A stretch of 64,000 nt of DNA, taken from Vezdaea acicularis (lineage: Eukaryota). A program made the position numbers and the translations under genes. The DNA is taken from the NCBI GenBank assembly GCA_026025075.1, contig JAPEUI010000007.1, positions 62,001 through 126,000 on the forward strand. Direction: 5' to 3'. Under the pieces are notes generated by a model. It was not told where the DNA came from, did not search any database, and saw only the letters and a program-made list of their open reading frames with translations. Positions 13,030-26,548 of the stretch are shown here, one piece after another (within the stretch, counting starts at the first letter, position 1; the number at the start of each line of letters is the position of its first letter).

Positions 13030-14716
13030 TTATCCACTTCCCGCCCGTGGGCCCGCAGAAGCCGGGGTCGTCGTCGCCTCTTCCCCTCCCGTGACGCCCG
13101 TAGTCTGCACGCCCGGCCCATGCGTCCCTGTACTCGCAGGCGCAGCACCCCAAGGACTTCCAACGGGACCTGCACTACCCGGTCCGGCAGAAGCTGGCGT
13201 GGCAGTCACCTCTCCGCCCGTGATTCCCGTAGTCTGCACGCCCGGCCCGTGCGCTCCGGAAGTTGGTGGATGCTGCTCCGTTCCTGGCACGCCGGTGGTT
13301 TGTTTGGAGGGAGGATCCAGCGTTCCGCTCGTCTGTCTCGACGCGACGGGGCTTGAGGCCTCCGAAGTAGGAGGAGTCTCGCCAGCAGTCGTCTTCCCAA
13401 TAGCGGTGGCGAGGGCACTCTGCCACTTCTCCGCCTCGGCAGCGCTCGCGGCTTTGAAGGCTAGCTCGTGCGTCTGGCTGAACGCGTTGAGCTTTCCTTT
13501 GCTCGTGTCTTTTCCCTTGACGACGAATTTCTGCCCGGCAACGGCGCCAATGGTGCAGTCGGGAAGGTAGAGGGATAATTCAGGCGTTGGGTCCTTCTTG
13601 AAGTTTTCGTTGTCTTTGTACTCGTGCAGGAACTTCGCTTGGGTGACGACGTAGTAGCCACTATTGTAGGACTTCAGTAATTTGCCCTTGCGCTCGAGAG
13701 TACCTTCGATGATAGGTTGAGTCGCGGCGTGATTCTGGTTCAGGAAGGCCGCTTTCTCGATATGCCGCGCAGGAGCATTTGGATCGAGTAGACGGTCCTT
13801 GTTGCGGGCTGCGAAGGCGTTCCATTCGAAGTCGCCATTGATAACATGCGCCTTCTGATGAATATCCTCGTAGATGCCTTTTTGGCGGTCTGACTGACCC
13901 GCAACAAACTGGTGAAAGGACGTCACGGAGAGTTTGATCTTATCTACGATATAGGCCTCGAACTGCTGGAAGTTGTGCTGCGCCTGGAGTAAGTCGCGGC
14001 GGTTTTCGTTCTCTTCGTTGATCTGTTTATTCAGGCGGTGATAAATTCCGCGATGGATCACGTACGGATCGTTATTTGGGTCTGGTTTTGATATGTGGAT
14101 GCCAGAGGACTCGAGTTGGCGAGCAAGGAGGTCAATATGTTTCTGTGATGCCTCACGGCTTTTTTGGACTGACTTCCAGTCTTTTGCGACGCCAGAGGAA
14201 ATTTGTTTGGATTTGTCTTTGATTGCCCCGCGGAGTTCAGCGAGTATTGGGAGAGTGGTGCCTTTGAGGTTCTTTTCCACTTCGAGATGTGAATCAGCAA
14301 TGCCTTGTGTGTTCCGTCGCATGTTCTCAATCAAGCCCGTTATGCCATTGTAGCTGCTCTGCTCGAAGTTCTCTCCTGGTTTGACAGGATCCAAGATAGA
14401 CTATATGCAGATCAGCCTTTGTCCCATAGTTCTTACAAAAAGTTCTAATTCTGCCCTACTTTCAGAACCTTATCATACTCCTTTACTTGAGCTTTATGTG
14501 CCTTTGCGTTCGCGTCGATGTAGGATTCGAATGTCTTACACACACTATCCCATGCATCTAATCTATTGAGGAGTAGACCTGCTGTCTGTGGGATGTTAAC
14601 AGTCGCTCATTTGATACTACAATCATACTCACATCGCCAGTCTCTTGAGGCTCGGGATCGTGCGCCCCGGCACCTTGAGGGGGTCCTCTATGTGGCAGAC
14701 CTGGTTTTTCCGCCAT
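13030..14716 (-). CDS. BAR-PH domain protein (Slm1-like; several short 5' exons)
   Basis: Helical N-region (DPYVIHRGIYHRL) then PH domain (EGTLERKGKLLKSYNSGYYVVT..FLHEYKD..PELSLYLPDC..LAFKAASAAEAEKW). Start MAEKPGLPH inferred at 14716. Confidence 0.8.
13050..13255 (-). repeat. Internal duplication in the C-terminal tail of the BAR-PH protein
   Basis: AHGPGVQTTGITGGEVTATPASAGP and THGPGVQTTGVTGGEEATTTPASAGP; the DNA shares CCCGTAGTCTGCACGCCCGGCCC. Confidence 0.85.
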
Positions 14717-15203
14717 TCTTGAAAGTGGGCTGGTTCCTGCAAAGTATTTCGGAGTCTATTGTACGGCCTCACTTTAAGAGTGGGGTATTCTAAAAGGCTC
14801 GGGATTTTCTGAAGCTTGAGGACTACTCGGCACAATATCTCCCAACGTCGCGGATGATAGACCGGAGGATCTAAATGACGTCGGAGGTAGTTTTCGGCCT
14901 TCGCTAATCTGCCGATTGAACCCTGAAGAACGTGGGGCTTCCGTGCTAGTGTGTGTATTCGACGCTGATTCGCGCAAATGAATGACCAATTCCACTTCGC
15001 ATTGGCGATCACTAGGACATGCGCATCGACGATATATTAGCTTGTCAAATCCGGCGCAGCCCACTCAAGGGAACGTTATGCATAGAGAGTCTCGGGCAAT
15101 CAAGTTTTTGGGGTTCGAGCTTAGAGGTTCAAGCAGACCAGATTAGAATCCAGCTAATCTAGCTAAGATATGATGCACCCTTGTGGTGAAGTTCGCACTC
15201 CTC

Positions 15204-17484
15204 TCAATGCCGGCAAGTCCGCACGTTCAAATGCCCGGAAACCCATTCACTCCCACACCCCCAGCACCATTGCGCTTTACACTTACTGCAAGTCATATGC
15301 TTGCATCCATCGATCTTCACAGTGTAGTATCCACAACCAACGCAAGGCTTTGCCAAGCTTTTCACCGCTTTCTCCCCCTCTGCCTCGTCCTTCTTCCTCT
15401 TCCCTGCATTCTTCACAAATTCCTGCTCTTCCGCCTCCTCTTTATCAACCTGGCTACAAGTTTTTCCCTCATGGAAAGGGCCCGAATGAGAGAAACATGT
15501 CCTGTCGCCGCATCTACAGCATATTATCAAAGGCTGATCAGCGCCCCCGAGGTGTAGCTGGCCGGCACCACACTTGGCGCACCACCTAAATCCTTCTGAT
15601 TCCATCTCGCCAAGCGCGGTACGCGTAGCGAAGAGGTCGTAAGTTTCGAAGTCCGAGTTGGAGGCCCAGCGCCGCATGTCAGCGTGGTCCAGGCGTGCAT
15701 GGCATACAGGACAGTTGATATCGTCCCACACGTTACTTTTGATTTGTGAGGCAATAGAGCTGGCGAGGCAGGTAACACAGATATCGGTGAAAGGGTGGGA
15801 AGTACAGCGTGAAGTTATTTTCTGAAAGGGAAAATCGTAGCGGGGAAGCGTATCGTAGCAGACAGGACATTCATGGGGGCTATCAGGGGGTTTTTGCTTG
15901 GCCCATGGATTGTTAGAGGTGAAGGAAGATGGGCTGGAGGATATCTTCGATCCTAGAAAGGCATCCTGATTCCGCTGCGAAGGTAGAGACGTAGTGAGGT
16001 CGAGAATCTGGTTGGTGAGGTCGTCTACTTCTCGAGCATTTTTTGGGCGGGCCGAGTTAAAAATGGCCCGGACCGTGGCGTCAGTGTCATTGAGTGGTAT
16101 ACGGTCATCCCATCGCTCATCATAATGCCAGAATGAGTCATCTTCGATACTCACAAATGTATCGTGTTTCAGTGCCACATAAGCATCGTAGACCGAATTG
16201 AAGCTGTACAGGTCAGGCGTTTTCCCGTTGACTGAAGTCTGATTGGACGCCAAGTGATTGCGATTTTCCGAGCTAGGCGTACGTGAAGGCAATTGAGATG
16301 TGCTTGCTTTTGCGGAGTCTTCAACATTTCTCAGTTCAAATAGAAAAGGACTATGGATCAAGCCTGAAGGGCTCTCTCCCAATCTATCAGCGTGAAGAGG
16401 CGGCGAATGGGCTTCCACACAGGGACTCAGGCGGATGGCACGACCGAGCAAATCATCGCCAAGGGCTGTGGGGTTTGTTGATTCATATGAAGATTGGACT
16501 GCTGAATTGTGTAGTTCATTCGATGAATGATCTTTTCGTTGCTTCGTGTCATCAGAATATGCTTTAGCGAATAAGGCCGTGCTTTGAAATGGATCTAGAG
16601 GCTCCGCAAATGATGATCGAGATCTCGACGGTCTACGTCTCTGAGTCATGTCGGTTGCAATGTCATTAGATGTCGGGTTTGATGATTTGGGGGGCAATGC
16701 TGGAGCAGTTAGTTAGTATGGCCCAGTAGTACTTTGTGATTGCATGGCAAGCACTATTTGGTATGATACATAGGCACATACCGATGAAATTATTTGGCGG
16801 TACAACTGTTTTCTTTTCGGCTGGACAATTGATTTTCAGAGGAGCCCTGCTTCCCCAAAACTCGCTCTCAGAGGAGGTCACAGTTCCAAAGGGGCCCGTG
16901 ATGGCCAGTTTGGACGACCTTGCTGCAGCCTCGCGGAGGCGTTTTGAGTGATGACTCGAGGTGCGCTTTGGCCTAGACGATGAACTTCTTTTGGGCCTAG
17001 GCTTTGGAATTTGCTCGGCATTCGATTTTGAACTTCGCTTGGTCTTTGACTTTGGACTTCGCTCGGTCTTAGGCTTTGGACTTCGCTCGGCCCTAGACTT
17101 TGAACCTCGCTCAGTCCTAGACTTTAGGCTCTGTTCAGTCCAAGGCTGTGGATTTTGCTCAGTCCTAGGCTTTGAACTTCGCTCAGTCCTAGGCTTTGAA
17201 ATCCGTTCGGAATTATGCTTCGAACTTCGTTCGTGCTTGGAATTTGAACTTCGTTGGGACCTAGACTTTGGACTTCGTTCGGACCTAGACTTTGGACTTC
17301 GTTCGGACCTAGACTTTGGACTTCGTTCGGACCTAGACTTTGGGCTTCGTTTCGATCTGGACTGTGAACTTCGTTTAGACTTAGACTTTGAGCTTCGTCG
17401 GGACTTGGACTTTGAACTTCGTTTGAAGATGCGACGCAAGGGGTTGAGTATCTCGAACAAGACTGACTTCAGGGGATTGAACAT
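15204..17484 (-). CDS. RBR (RING1-IBR-RING2) E3 ubiquitin ligase with N-terminal RS-like repeat exon (intron 16700-16781)
   Basis: RING1 CPVC..C..H..CVTC..CPVC, IBR WCAKC..CCRC..CFSH..H..C, RING2 KPCVGC..DGCKHMTCSKC..WCWGC. A GTATGT..CTAAC..CAG intron joins ORF 16666-17550 in frame to ORF 15204-16697. Start is uncertain (first in-frame ATG at 17484). Confidence 0.8.
16961..17424. repeat. 24-bp coding minisatellite (about 19 degenerate units; perfect copies 17257-17328)
   Basis: GGACCTAGACTTTGGACTTCGTTC x3 perfect plus degenerate flanking units; encodes ERSPKSRS-type octapeptides on the minus strand. Confidence 0.92.
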
Positions 17485-18542
17485 TTCAAACAAGACTGAA
17501 TTCGAGACATCCCTGGCGATGAGGAGTTGTTTGAGACAGGCTGAGTGCAACCAGAAAAGACTGAAGGTGGGGTTTTACAGAGGTAACGAATCAGGCTGAG
17601 CTTGCGTCCAGCCGTCTGCTTATTGGCTATCGCCATGACTCGAAGAACGCAAGCGGGGAAGTTGACGCAAGGCCAGCACAGCAAAATCTCGAAGATGTTC
17701 CGCTACTGATAAGACAGCCTTGGAGAGGGAAGAGAGTGACGAGACCGGATTGCTTCAGCCTCGTGGTCTTGGCACTAGCCTTGCCATCTTACTAAGCATT
17801 GGTGGCTAGCGATGCGAAGGAACTCCTCATTACAGGCTGATACGACGACCTTGTATTACGACAAGCCATTGCGTTGGCAGCATGAGGTTTCGAAGTTGCC
17901 TCAATGTGCGCGTGTATTGATCAATGCAGGCAATTTCTCCTCTGATGATTAAAGATTGATAGGGGGTCACAAATTTGTTGTAGGGAGCCAATTCATGGAT
18001 TTGCGAAGTGTACCCGATTCAAATAGAAGAAAGACGAGTAAAAATGGTCGTGTTTGGGTTGAATTGTAATTGAATTTACCCCTGCAACTTCATTGAGTGC
18101 CAAGGTGATAGACTGCACGAAGGGATAAACGTACGATAAGCGATCAAAGCTTAACCAATCTCATGCGCTCTAAGAGCTACCTTCCAATACTCAGGGAGAG
18201 CTCACAGTGACTAATCTCTTCAGCGAGTAGGGTTGTGGCCATCTTTCATTCGCACTCATTACCCACATGTCCCGAGGCAACGCTGTGAGCTGGCTAGGGG
18301 CAGCGATTAGATGAATATATATTCTTCATTTCCGTAAGGTCTGCTGCCACTTCCTCGGTCGAGCATGATCTCCTCCATGATGGCTGCCTGCGAATTCAGA
18401 TGCGGCCTGCTGAGAAAGCTGCACTGAGGTGGTTGTTCAAAGGAATGAGAAAGTCGCGTATCGGATTTATCTCGTAATAGTGATGACAGCGTGATCGTGT
18501 TTGATAGGGTTCAAACCAAGTAACTAATCATCATTCTAGCAT

Positions 18543-21179
18543 TCAAGTAACAGCCGTTCCCATGGGCTTCTCGGAGTCCTCGAGCCAACTAAGGTCCTTA
18601 GCAGGGCCTAAAGTATGCAGGTCTATCATCTCTTCTCCCGGAGCTTCTCCTACGTTGATCATGTTCCAGAGATCTCCATCCAGGTCAGATTCCATGGTAA
18701 TAGCGTTCAAAGCCTTGCTGTAATGGAAGTGGCTTGTAGGTGTTTGGACGTCCATATCACTACCCGGAATGCTGTCTTGCTCGTCAATTTTGCCAGACGT
18801 GTATCTTTCAAAGTCCTGAGGAGGTGTGATTGCTGAGTTGGGTAAAGATAAGGGCACATTAGGAGAATGACAGGCCCATTCGGAGAATAAGTGGTTAGTT
18901 GTGGGCGTAAGGGCGTTTGGTTGAGCATTGTGGGTGTCATCCGAGATTCTATTATTTCTGATACGTGGCATGCTGTGTGCCTTGCATTTACTAACGGCAA
19001 CTTCCATGAATATAGTCGCATAACCGGCAGCAGCATAGCATTTTCGAAGCTCCTGCATCATATTCATGCAGATCTGATACCCTACTCTGCTTCGATTTCG
19101 AATTTCTTCGTCGGATGCGTTCAAGTCAAGGAGATGTATCATCAAAGCAGGTAGCAGAGTCGTTACAGCAGTGGGTGGCAAGAATCGAACAATATTCCGA
19201 GCAACTAGGTATCGAGCGATACTGGTGATTGCCGCTGCTGCGTGTAGCAGAACATTAAGTGAAAGTTCATGCAGCCGCTCATTCCTCTTTGTGGTCGGAA
19301 TCTTGGGGCCTGGAAGTGCCCGCGGTCTGTGTAGCGCCGATAGAGTGGTATAGTAGATCAAATGGACCATTGCCTTGTGTACTACTAGAGGTTCTGCGTG
19401 CCGATCAAGAGCTGTATTCTCTAGCTCAGGATAAAATGCTGCCCATCCAGGAAGACTACTATACCAGCTTCTTAATTCAGCATCACATTCTGCCACTGCA
19501 ACTTCTTGCTTTCCTGCAACACGTGGAAGGAGCATCGCATTCGAAGGTGCCATTACTTCTTCCGGCATTGGCGGTCCCTCACTCTTGGCCAGAATCGAGT
19601 ATTGCGCTGATAGAACATGACAAATGCAAAGACAAAGCTGTGCTTTAAAGATGCAGAGAGTTGCAATATCTTGCTGCATCTTTACATCCCTTGCAAAAGC
19701 GCATCCTGAACCTATACTCGTGATGCGATCATCTAGGGCTTGAAGCTCGAAGTCGTCTAGTACGAGCATGGGGACATCGTAATCTTCGGTCTTGATCCTA
19801 GTAGGCCGTCTCATGCCGATCGCGATCAGTCGATCCCGCATAAAGCAACACCACCATATCCTTTTGTATAGTGCTTGCCTTTTTCTCTCCATGTCTGTTT
19901 TAGTGGGATCCCGATTGAGGCCGATATTATACGCCAAAGATATTGCCAAACCCATCCAGTGCCATGTATCTTTTTGTTCATCTGGACTCTCATACCAGAA
20001 CGTCATCAAGAGTAAAGCTTGCACAAGAGCTATTCGGTCAACTTCGTAGCCGATATCGTAGGTCAACTGTAGGGGTGATCATTAATGCAGTTCTCAAAGC
20101 CCTTGTAGGCGAGTTCACATACCCTCGCTTTATGGAAAAAGGCCTTCCGTGCCGCTTTTCGTGAAGAGTATCCCGCTGCTATCAGGTATTCGATGTCCAC
20201 GAAGGCAACTGCTGCGAACATGACGGCATGAAATAATACCAAGCTAACCTGCCCTCTGGACCCATCTTCTCCTTCAATAGCAGCAAGAAACTCGTGGATG
20301 TCTAACAAGGGCATAAATCCATGCACATAGTCAATGTAACTACGAACGAGCGCATCCCGTAAAGTCACCCCGGGAAGTGTCAGGGCGCCCTTTTGGTGGA
20401 GATAATTCACGTCATCGTTGTCTAGTCGTAGATGTAGAGGCCTGATGAATCCAGGTAAATTGAATTGAGGTAGACACGGGAGATTCTGAGAATATAGCGT
20501 TGGTTGTGAATGTACGAATGGTATGCCAAAAGGGGCGTTCATAGGACTCTGATGCTCTCGTTCCTCCTCACTCATCTTCTCGTCCTGGCCATAGTCTAAT
20601 TTTTGGAAGGAATTAGTTTTTTGGATATATGTTTCTGAACACAATCAACATACAGATTAAGGGTGGAACATTATGATCGCTCTCTCGATCGGAGCTGCTG
20701 CTTCCGAATGAGAGACCAGAGGGCGATAAGGGAGAGAAGCCATCGCTGAAGTCATGCAGAGCTTGCTCTCGCTCTGCTATATTCACTCGGGCTTCTGCAA
20801 GCAATATTTGAGGTATTCGTGGTGCTGCATCGTCAATGGGTCCAAGAAGTCTCCTAGCGTTCATAGGTTCATCAGATATGCAATTCTGGGAGAGAAAGAG
20901 CTGACGCGAGAGTGAGATCGGATAAAGGACTTCAACCTACTTTCGACGCTTGCTTTCTGTAACGATGCAATCAACCTCGTCAAGCCGACAATTCGTACAA
21001 GGTGCGCCGTGCTCTACGACATTGCAGCGGACTTTCCGCTGTCTGCAAGTCTGACATGCTTTTGAAGCTCTCCTCTTGACAGAACGGGCATTGATTCTGT
21101 GGGTAACGCCAGCCGCGGAACTAGCGCGCTTATGGGAATGCGTCGTTGACGAGCTCGGATTATCGAGGACTTTCGCCAT
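18543..21179 (-). CDS. Zn(II)2Cys6 transcription factor with fungal TF middle homology domain (CTF1beta/FarB-like; 4 exons)
   Basis: KRRASKACQTCRQRKVRCNVVEHGAPCTNCRLDEVDC; YIDYVHGFMPLLD; LVQALLLMTFWYESPDEQKDTWHW; KRIWWCCFMRDRLIAIGMRRP. Confidence 0.88.
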
Positions 21180-21851
21180 ATCTTGATCGCTTTGCGTAAA
21201 TATAATGGAATGATCGGTGCGAAGTATATTTGGAGACACGATCTCCAATGCAGAAATCCAAATGAGTGACAATTATCATGATCGCGATCATTAGGAGTCC
21301 ATTGGGTGGCAGCCCTGTTTAGTACTCTGTTTCTAACCAGTAACCCAAGCGTCTAGAGCGTTCATCCGGAGTGTATCTGCCGTTGATCCACATTGAATTG
21401 GACACAATTTCCCCATCAAGCCGACGTCAAAGCTACATCACACACCAGCGCAATCGATTGAGGTCGCCGCACCCCCGTCTTTGCGAAGGCATGATTAGGC
21501 CAATCAGCGGCTTCATGATCAACTGCCTTAGTCCGGATCAAGTTCGTTCCACCGGTGCATGTGCTGAAGCGAGAAGGCGTTTTGTGGGGAACAAAGCGCT
21601 GGCGCAAGCCCTAGCTTAGCAACTTCATCCGCGTCCCTCCCCCTGTTTTTGGTGGGGTCAACTTGGCGCTTGATCGTTGTGCCGGCAGCTATATCGGCTG
21701 GTGCATTTGAAGAATTCTACACCAGCACCTGACACTCCACAAGTCCAATTCGCCAGCCCTTGTGCGACTAACACAATAGCGCAGACATGCTCCCAAACAC
21801 CTATACTCCGCAATACAATTCCCCCTATGCTTGCGACTCTAGTATTGGAGC

Positions 21852-23153
21852 TCAAAGTTTCTGCCGCATGAAAACGTCCATGATGTTGTCCCAAAAGCCA
21901 AGGTCGTAGATGTTGTTCACTTCACCAAGGTCTCGAATTTTTTCCCACTGCGGTCGATTTGGAGCGTTCTCGCTAGTACTCATCATGACTGGCGGCTGTC
22001 CGTCTTTTGTCAGGACAAGAAACTGGTCGCTGGAGACTGGCCAAGGGACATCCAGCTCGGGATCTTCTGCTTCGTGTCCTAGCGTAGACGTAGCTACCGC
22101 TTTAACGTCCGTCCACCTCGCTTTGAAAACAAGGCCATCTTGCATGTCTTCCTTCCAGTCTTCCCACTTGGAGCTCTCGTTGGTTGTCATACCCGCCCAA
22201 AGTAGATAGATATGGTACCCAAACAAGATCCATAACATCGGAGCGCATAGGAAGCACAGCAGTCCAATTGCTCCTATTCCAAGCTCTTTGGAAATAGCCC
22301 AAGCCCAGTCCTGGAGATACGCGGGCCAGGTAAGCCCAATTGACCAGTGCTGATTAAGAGCTTGGTGCTCATTTTGAAGGAAGCGAGACATAATCGAATA
22401 GCCTAACCAGGTACCGTAGGTGACCAAGATGGCTGTGCTCAAGATCATTAAGAGAAACCAGTGGTAGTTGGAATACCCAACGCAATTGTTGACCCAAGCA
22501 CAGTGATGGTCAGACTTTGCTACACAAACCTTACAGATCCGACAATGCTTGCTCCTTGCAGGCTTTACAAACTTACAAGTAGTGCATACCTTGTTTGGGT
22601 GGTAGAGGACATGATCGTAGGGATAAAGACGTAAAGCGGCTTCATGGTTGGAGGAGGTAATTGTGCCAGGAGAAGAAAAAACGGAAAGACCAAGCATGGC
22701 ATATGGCGCGGTACTGAGGGTTGAAAGCATAAATCGTTGACCATATGACATATGTGGCCAAGCCGAGGGGAAGAACAGGCTTTCTGACACAGCAAGAAGA
22801 CCGAAGAAGAATCCCTTGGAATTTCAGTAGATTACTATTATTTTGAAAAGGAGATAGAATTACCACAATGAAAAAGTGCTTCTCATACATGAGGTAGTTC
22901 CCAAGCCATGCAGCGCCTGTCGTGAGGCGCCCTCCGGTCAGTCTCTGATCTATGGAACGCAGGAATCGAGGAATATGAGTCCATATCAGGCGATACAGAA
23001 AATGGATCGGCGTGTTGCTGTGACGTGTCAGACTTGGAGAAACCATTCATATCCAAGGACATACCGAAATGCAGGTACACGACCAAAAAGAGCCACAAAA
23101 ACGATGAATGAGAAAGTAAGGATAGATACAGCGAGGCCTTTGAGGAGCCCCAT
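21852..23153 (-). CDS. SWF1: DHHC palmitoyltransferase (Swf1-like; 3 exons)
   Basis: CTTCKFVKPARSKHCRICKVCVAKSDHHCAWVNNCVG; GMTTNE; NIYDLGFWDN; N-terminal VALFGRVPAFR|NTPI. Confidence 0.88.
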
Positions 23154-23860
23154 GGTTTCACCGTTGCTCTAGCTCTAATGTACACATATAGCCGTATGTA
23201 GCAATGTAGACAATGGTGTGATGTTTAGAGTCCTGGGAGGATTTGTTTCTACATATGCTTGAGGTGCCTTTAAACTAGGAAGCAAGGGTACTGAAAGTCT
23301 GGGATGAAGTAGCGCCGCGTCATCGCGGAAGGTGATATTATACTCGCAGTGCTTGTGCGGCTGAAGGGTGGAGAGGTGGCAAAGAGCGCTTGAGCAGTTC
23401 AGTTTTTCCCAAAATCAAGAATGAACCCCTATATTGCCCGAAGCTAACAAAAAAAGATCCGCAAGAGAGAGAAGCTCCTAAGTTAGTACATGATCGATGG
23501 TATATCAAAACAAAATCAAGCCAACGGGAGTCAGCTATTGGTTCGCTAAACATGCTTTAAAGGACCTTGATCCGAGCCGTGGTAAGGATCAATTAAGGGT
23601 GGAAGGAAAGCTCTCTTGATGGTGTCGCATTGACCAGGTAGTTCCCAGCAATTACTTAGAACAAAATTAAGTGAACTAAAGCTTGAATTGTTATTGCAAT
23701 GTTGTTTGTCAATGTTGCGGTATTCTTAGTCTGAGGGTATAGCACGTGCAGAGGACGGTTGACGTAGCTTTCAAAATTGCATCCAGTCAGTTAATCTCTT
23801 ATTTGGGCGCATGTATATCAGCATTACAGGATCGGGGACGTTTGACAATGCGTACAGGGC

Positions 23861-25934
23861 ATGGCTACAGGTAAGCCCGTTATTCTTCTCGTCACTGTCC
23901 GAGCTCTGCATCGGCGCATAAAGCCAGGCCCCCTTGCTGAGACTAGCTGGCGATAGCGGTTCGAATATGCGTTTGCGGGGATGAGGGCACCGGCAAGTCA
24001 AGCCTCATCACATCTTTTGTCAAAGACACGTTTGTTACCACGAAGATCCAATCGGTACTGCCTCAGGTGACAAAACCGCCGGGCATCGGCACACCGGAAA
24101 ATGTCACGACCACGATCGTAGACACGTCGGCATTGCCGCAAGAGCGCAACACGTTACGAAAGGAGATTCGCAAATGCAATGTCATCTTGCTGGTATATTC
24201 CGATCACTACAGCTATGAGCGGGTCGCGCTATTCTGGATGCCGTACTTTCGGTCTCTGGGCGTCAACGTCCCCGTCGTGCTTTGCGCCAATAAGAAAGAC
24301 CTGACGCCCAATGTAACGACGGCGCAGGTCATGGAAGACGAAATGCTACCGGTGATGGCGGAATTCAAGGAGATAGACTCCTGTATAAGGACCAGCGCAA
24401 AGGAGCCTCATAATGTGAATGAAGTCATCTATCTCTGTCAGAAGGCCATCACCCACCCCATCGCGCCCCTTTTCGACTCGAAGGAATCAAACCTGAAGCC
24501 CGCAGCTGTCGCGGCCCTGGAGCGAATCTTCTACCTCTGCGACAAAGACCGAGACGGCTATCTCAACGATGAAGAGATACAGCGATTCCAAAAGAAGTGC
24601 TTCGACAAGCCACTCTCCGAGGAAGACCTAAGAACCAACAAGCAATCCATCAAGCGCGCCACTGGCGCTGATAGCGAAAAGGGCATCGATTCGAAAGGCT
24701 TCATCCAACTCAACAAGATGTACGCCGAAACCGGTCGCCACGAAACCATCTGGATCATTCTCCGCGCCTTCCACTACACAGACAGCCTCAGCCTCAAAGA
24801 CAGCTTCCTGCACCCCCCCTTCGACGTGCCCGTGTCGTCCGGCTCATCCGCCGAGCTTTCTCCAGCGGGCTACCGCTTCTTCGCCGACCTCTTCCTCCTC
24901 TCCGATCGCGACAACGACGGCGGCCTCAGCCCCTCCGAGCTCTCCGCCCTCTTCGCCCCAACGCCCGGCCTCCCCCCCTCCTGGCTCGACGCCTCCTTCC
25001 CCTCCTCCACCGTCCGCAACGAAGCCGGCCACATCACCCTGCAAGGCTGGCTCGCCCAATGGAGCATGACGACCTTCATCGAACCCCGCACAACCCTCGA
25101 GTACCTCGCCTACCTCGGCTTCGAGCCCGCCGAGAAAGGCAGCAGCAGCAGCACCTCCACCACCGCCGCCATGAAAATCACCAAGCCCCGCCGCCGCCGC
25201 AAGCGCCCCGCCCGCGTCGAGCGCAACGTCTTCCTCTGCTACGTCCTCGGCGCCAGCGGCAGCGGCAAGAGCAGCCTCCTCGACGCCTTCCTGAGCCGCC
25301 CCTTCGACGCCACGTACCACCCGACCATCAAGCCCCGCACCGCCGTCAACAGCGTCGAACTGCACGGCGGACGGCAGTGCTACCTCATCCTCGAGGAGCT
25401 GGGCGAGCTCGAACCCGCCATTCTGGAAAACGCCGCGAAGCTCGACGCCTGCGATATCATCTGCTACACCTACGACTCGTCGGATCCGGACAGCTTCAGA
25501 CATATCGTCGAACTGCAGGTAACATCCCCCTCCCCCTCCCCAAACATCCCAAAAACTAACCCCTCACAAAGGAAAAACATCCCACCCTCTCCACCCTCCC
25601 CTCGCTCTACGCAGCACTCAAAGCCGACCGCGACAGGACTACCCAACGCTCCACCCTCCAACCACACGAATACACCGCCGCCCGCCGCATGCCCTCCCCC
25701 ACCCATTGTTCCGCCACCTGGGGCTCCATCAGCGAACTCTTCGTCGCCCTCGCCGAAGCCGCCAGCGCCCCCGCCACCGCCTATCCCAAGGAAGAAGGGG
25801 AAGTCGTCGATCACACGAATTTGTATATTGCACTTGCCGCCGGCGTCGCGGCCGCGGGCGCCGCGGTGTGGATTTGGCGCAGGGCCGGGCTGGGGGGATG
25901 GGTTGGTGGCGGGGGGAGTGCGGGGGGAAGTTAG
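23861..25934 (+). CDS. GEM1: Mitochondrial Rho GTPase Miro (3 exons; last intron about 25519-25571)
   Basis: [23 protein letters not shown]-hands [12 protein letters not shown] and [12 protein letters not shown]; second GTPase GASGSGKS; C-terminal tail anchor [21 protein letters not shown]. Confidence 0.95.
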
Positions 25935-26431
25935 GGGTGGAGCTGAGGTTGGGACTGTAGCTAGTGCTTGTGAGGAGAGGTACAAGCGCGTCAAAGAGCA
26001 GAAGACATGGCCCCGAGCGATATTCTCAGCTCATATATATACCTATTTTGCCCGCGCCATCATCATGTTTCACAAGCACACCTCTCCTTTCCTCTCTATG
26101 TACCCAACATTCTATCATATTTAATATACACGTCTTACCTCCACCCCGTTGATCTCTTCGCTTCCGAAAACCCTCGAGTCTAATCACACACAGAACACCT
26201 TACAGAGCGACAAGACGAGGACGAGGGGTACCGGAGACTAAAGCCCGCGTCGCCAAGACATGGATGGATGGCAGTGGTTGTCATGGGCAGGTGTAGACTG
26301 ACCGTGTCAGTTCAATCAAGGAAAGTCATGAAATGTATGTGCGAGTACAGAGATACGCGCGCGCAGAGCGAATCCCCGGGACGAAGTAAATCTAGAGATT
26401 ACAAGTAGTAGAGATATCTCGTGGACTATGT

Positions 26432-26548
26432 ATCTCATTGGTTTGAATCTCATTGGTTTGCATCTCATTTTCTGGATCTCATTTTTTGAATCTCATTTCT
26501 TATCTCATTTCTTAACATCTCATGTCTTATCTGATTCCCCTATCTCAT
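26432..26548. repeat. Array of ATCTCAT heptamers (8 exact, 1 variant; 12-15 nt period) between the convergent GEM1 and PEPCK ends
   Basis: ATCTCAT at 26432, 26447, 26462, 26476, 26490, 26502, 26517 and 26542; ATCTGAT at 26529. Confidence 0.85.

Noticed and set aside
16961..17599. 212-aa plus-strand ORF with FGLRSDLD repeats
   Set aside because: It is the antisense shadow of the coding minisatellite, has no ATG start, and the minus strand splices in frame to the RBR ligase.
24844..25994. Long antisense and alternative-frame ORFs over GEM1, including the Pro-rich tail of the 685-aa ORF
   Set aside because: Explained by extreme GC3 bias and read-through of the last intron; the spliced frame restores the Miro C-terminus and tail anchor.
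26432..26548. CRISPR-like repeat-spacer interpretation of the ATCTCAT array
   Set aside because: Units are far too short, the context is eukaryotic and there are no cas genes.
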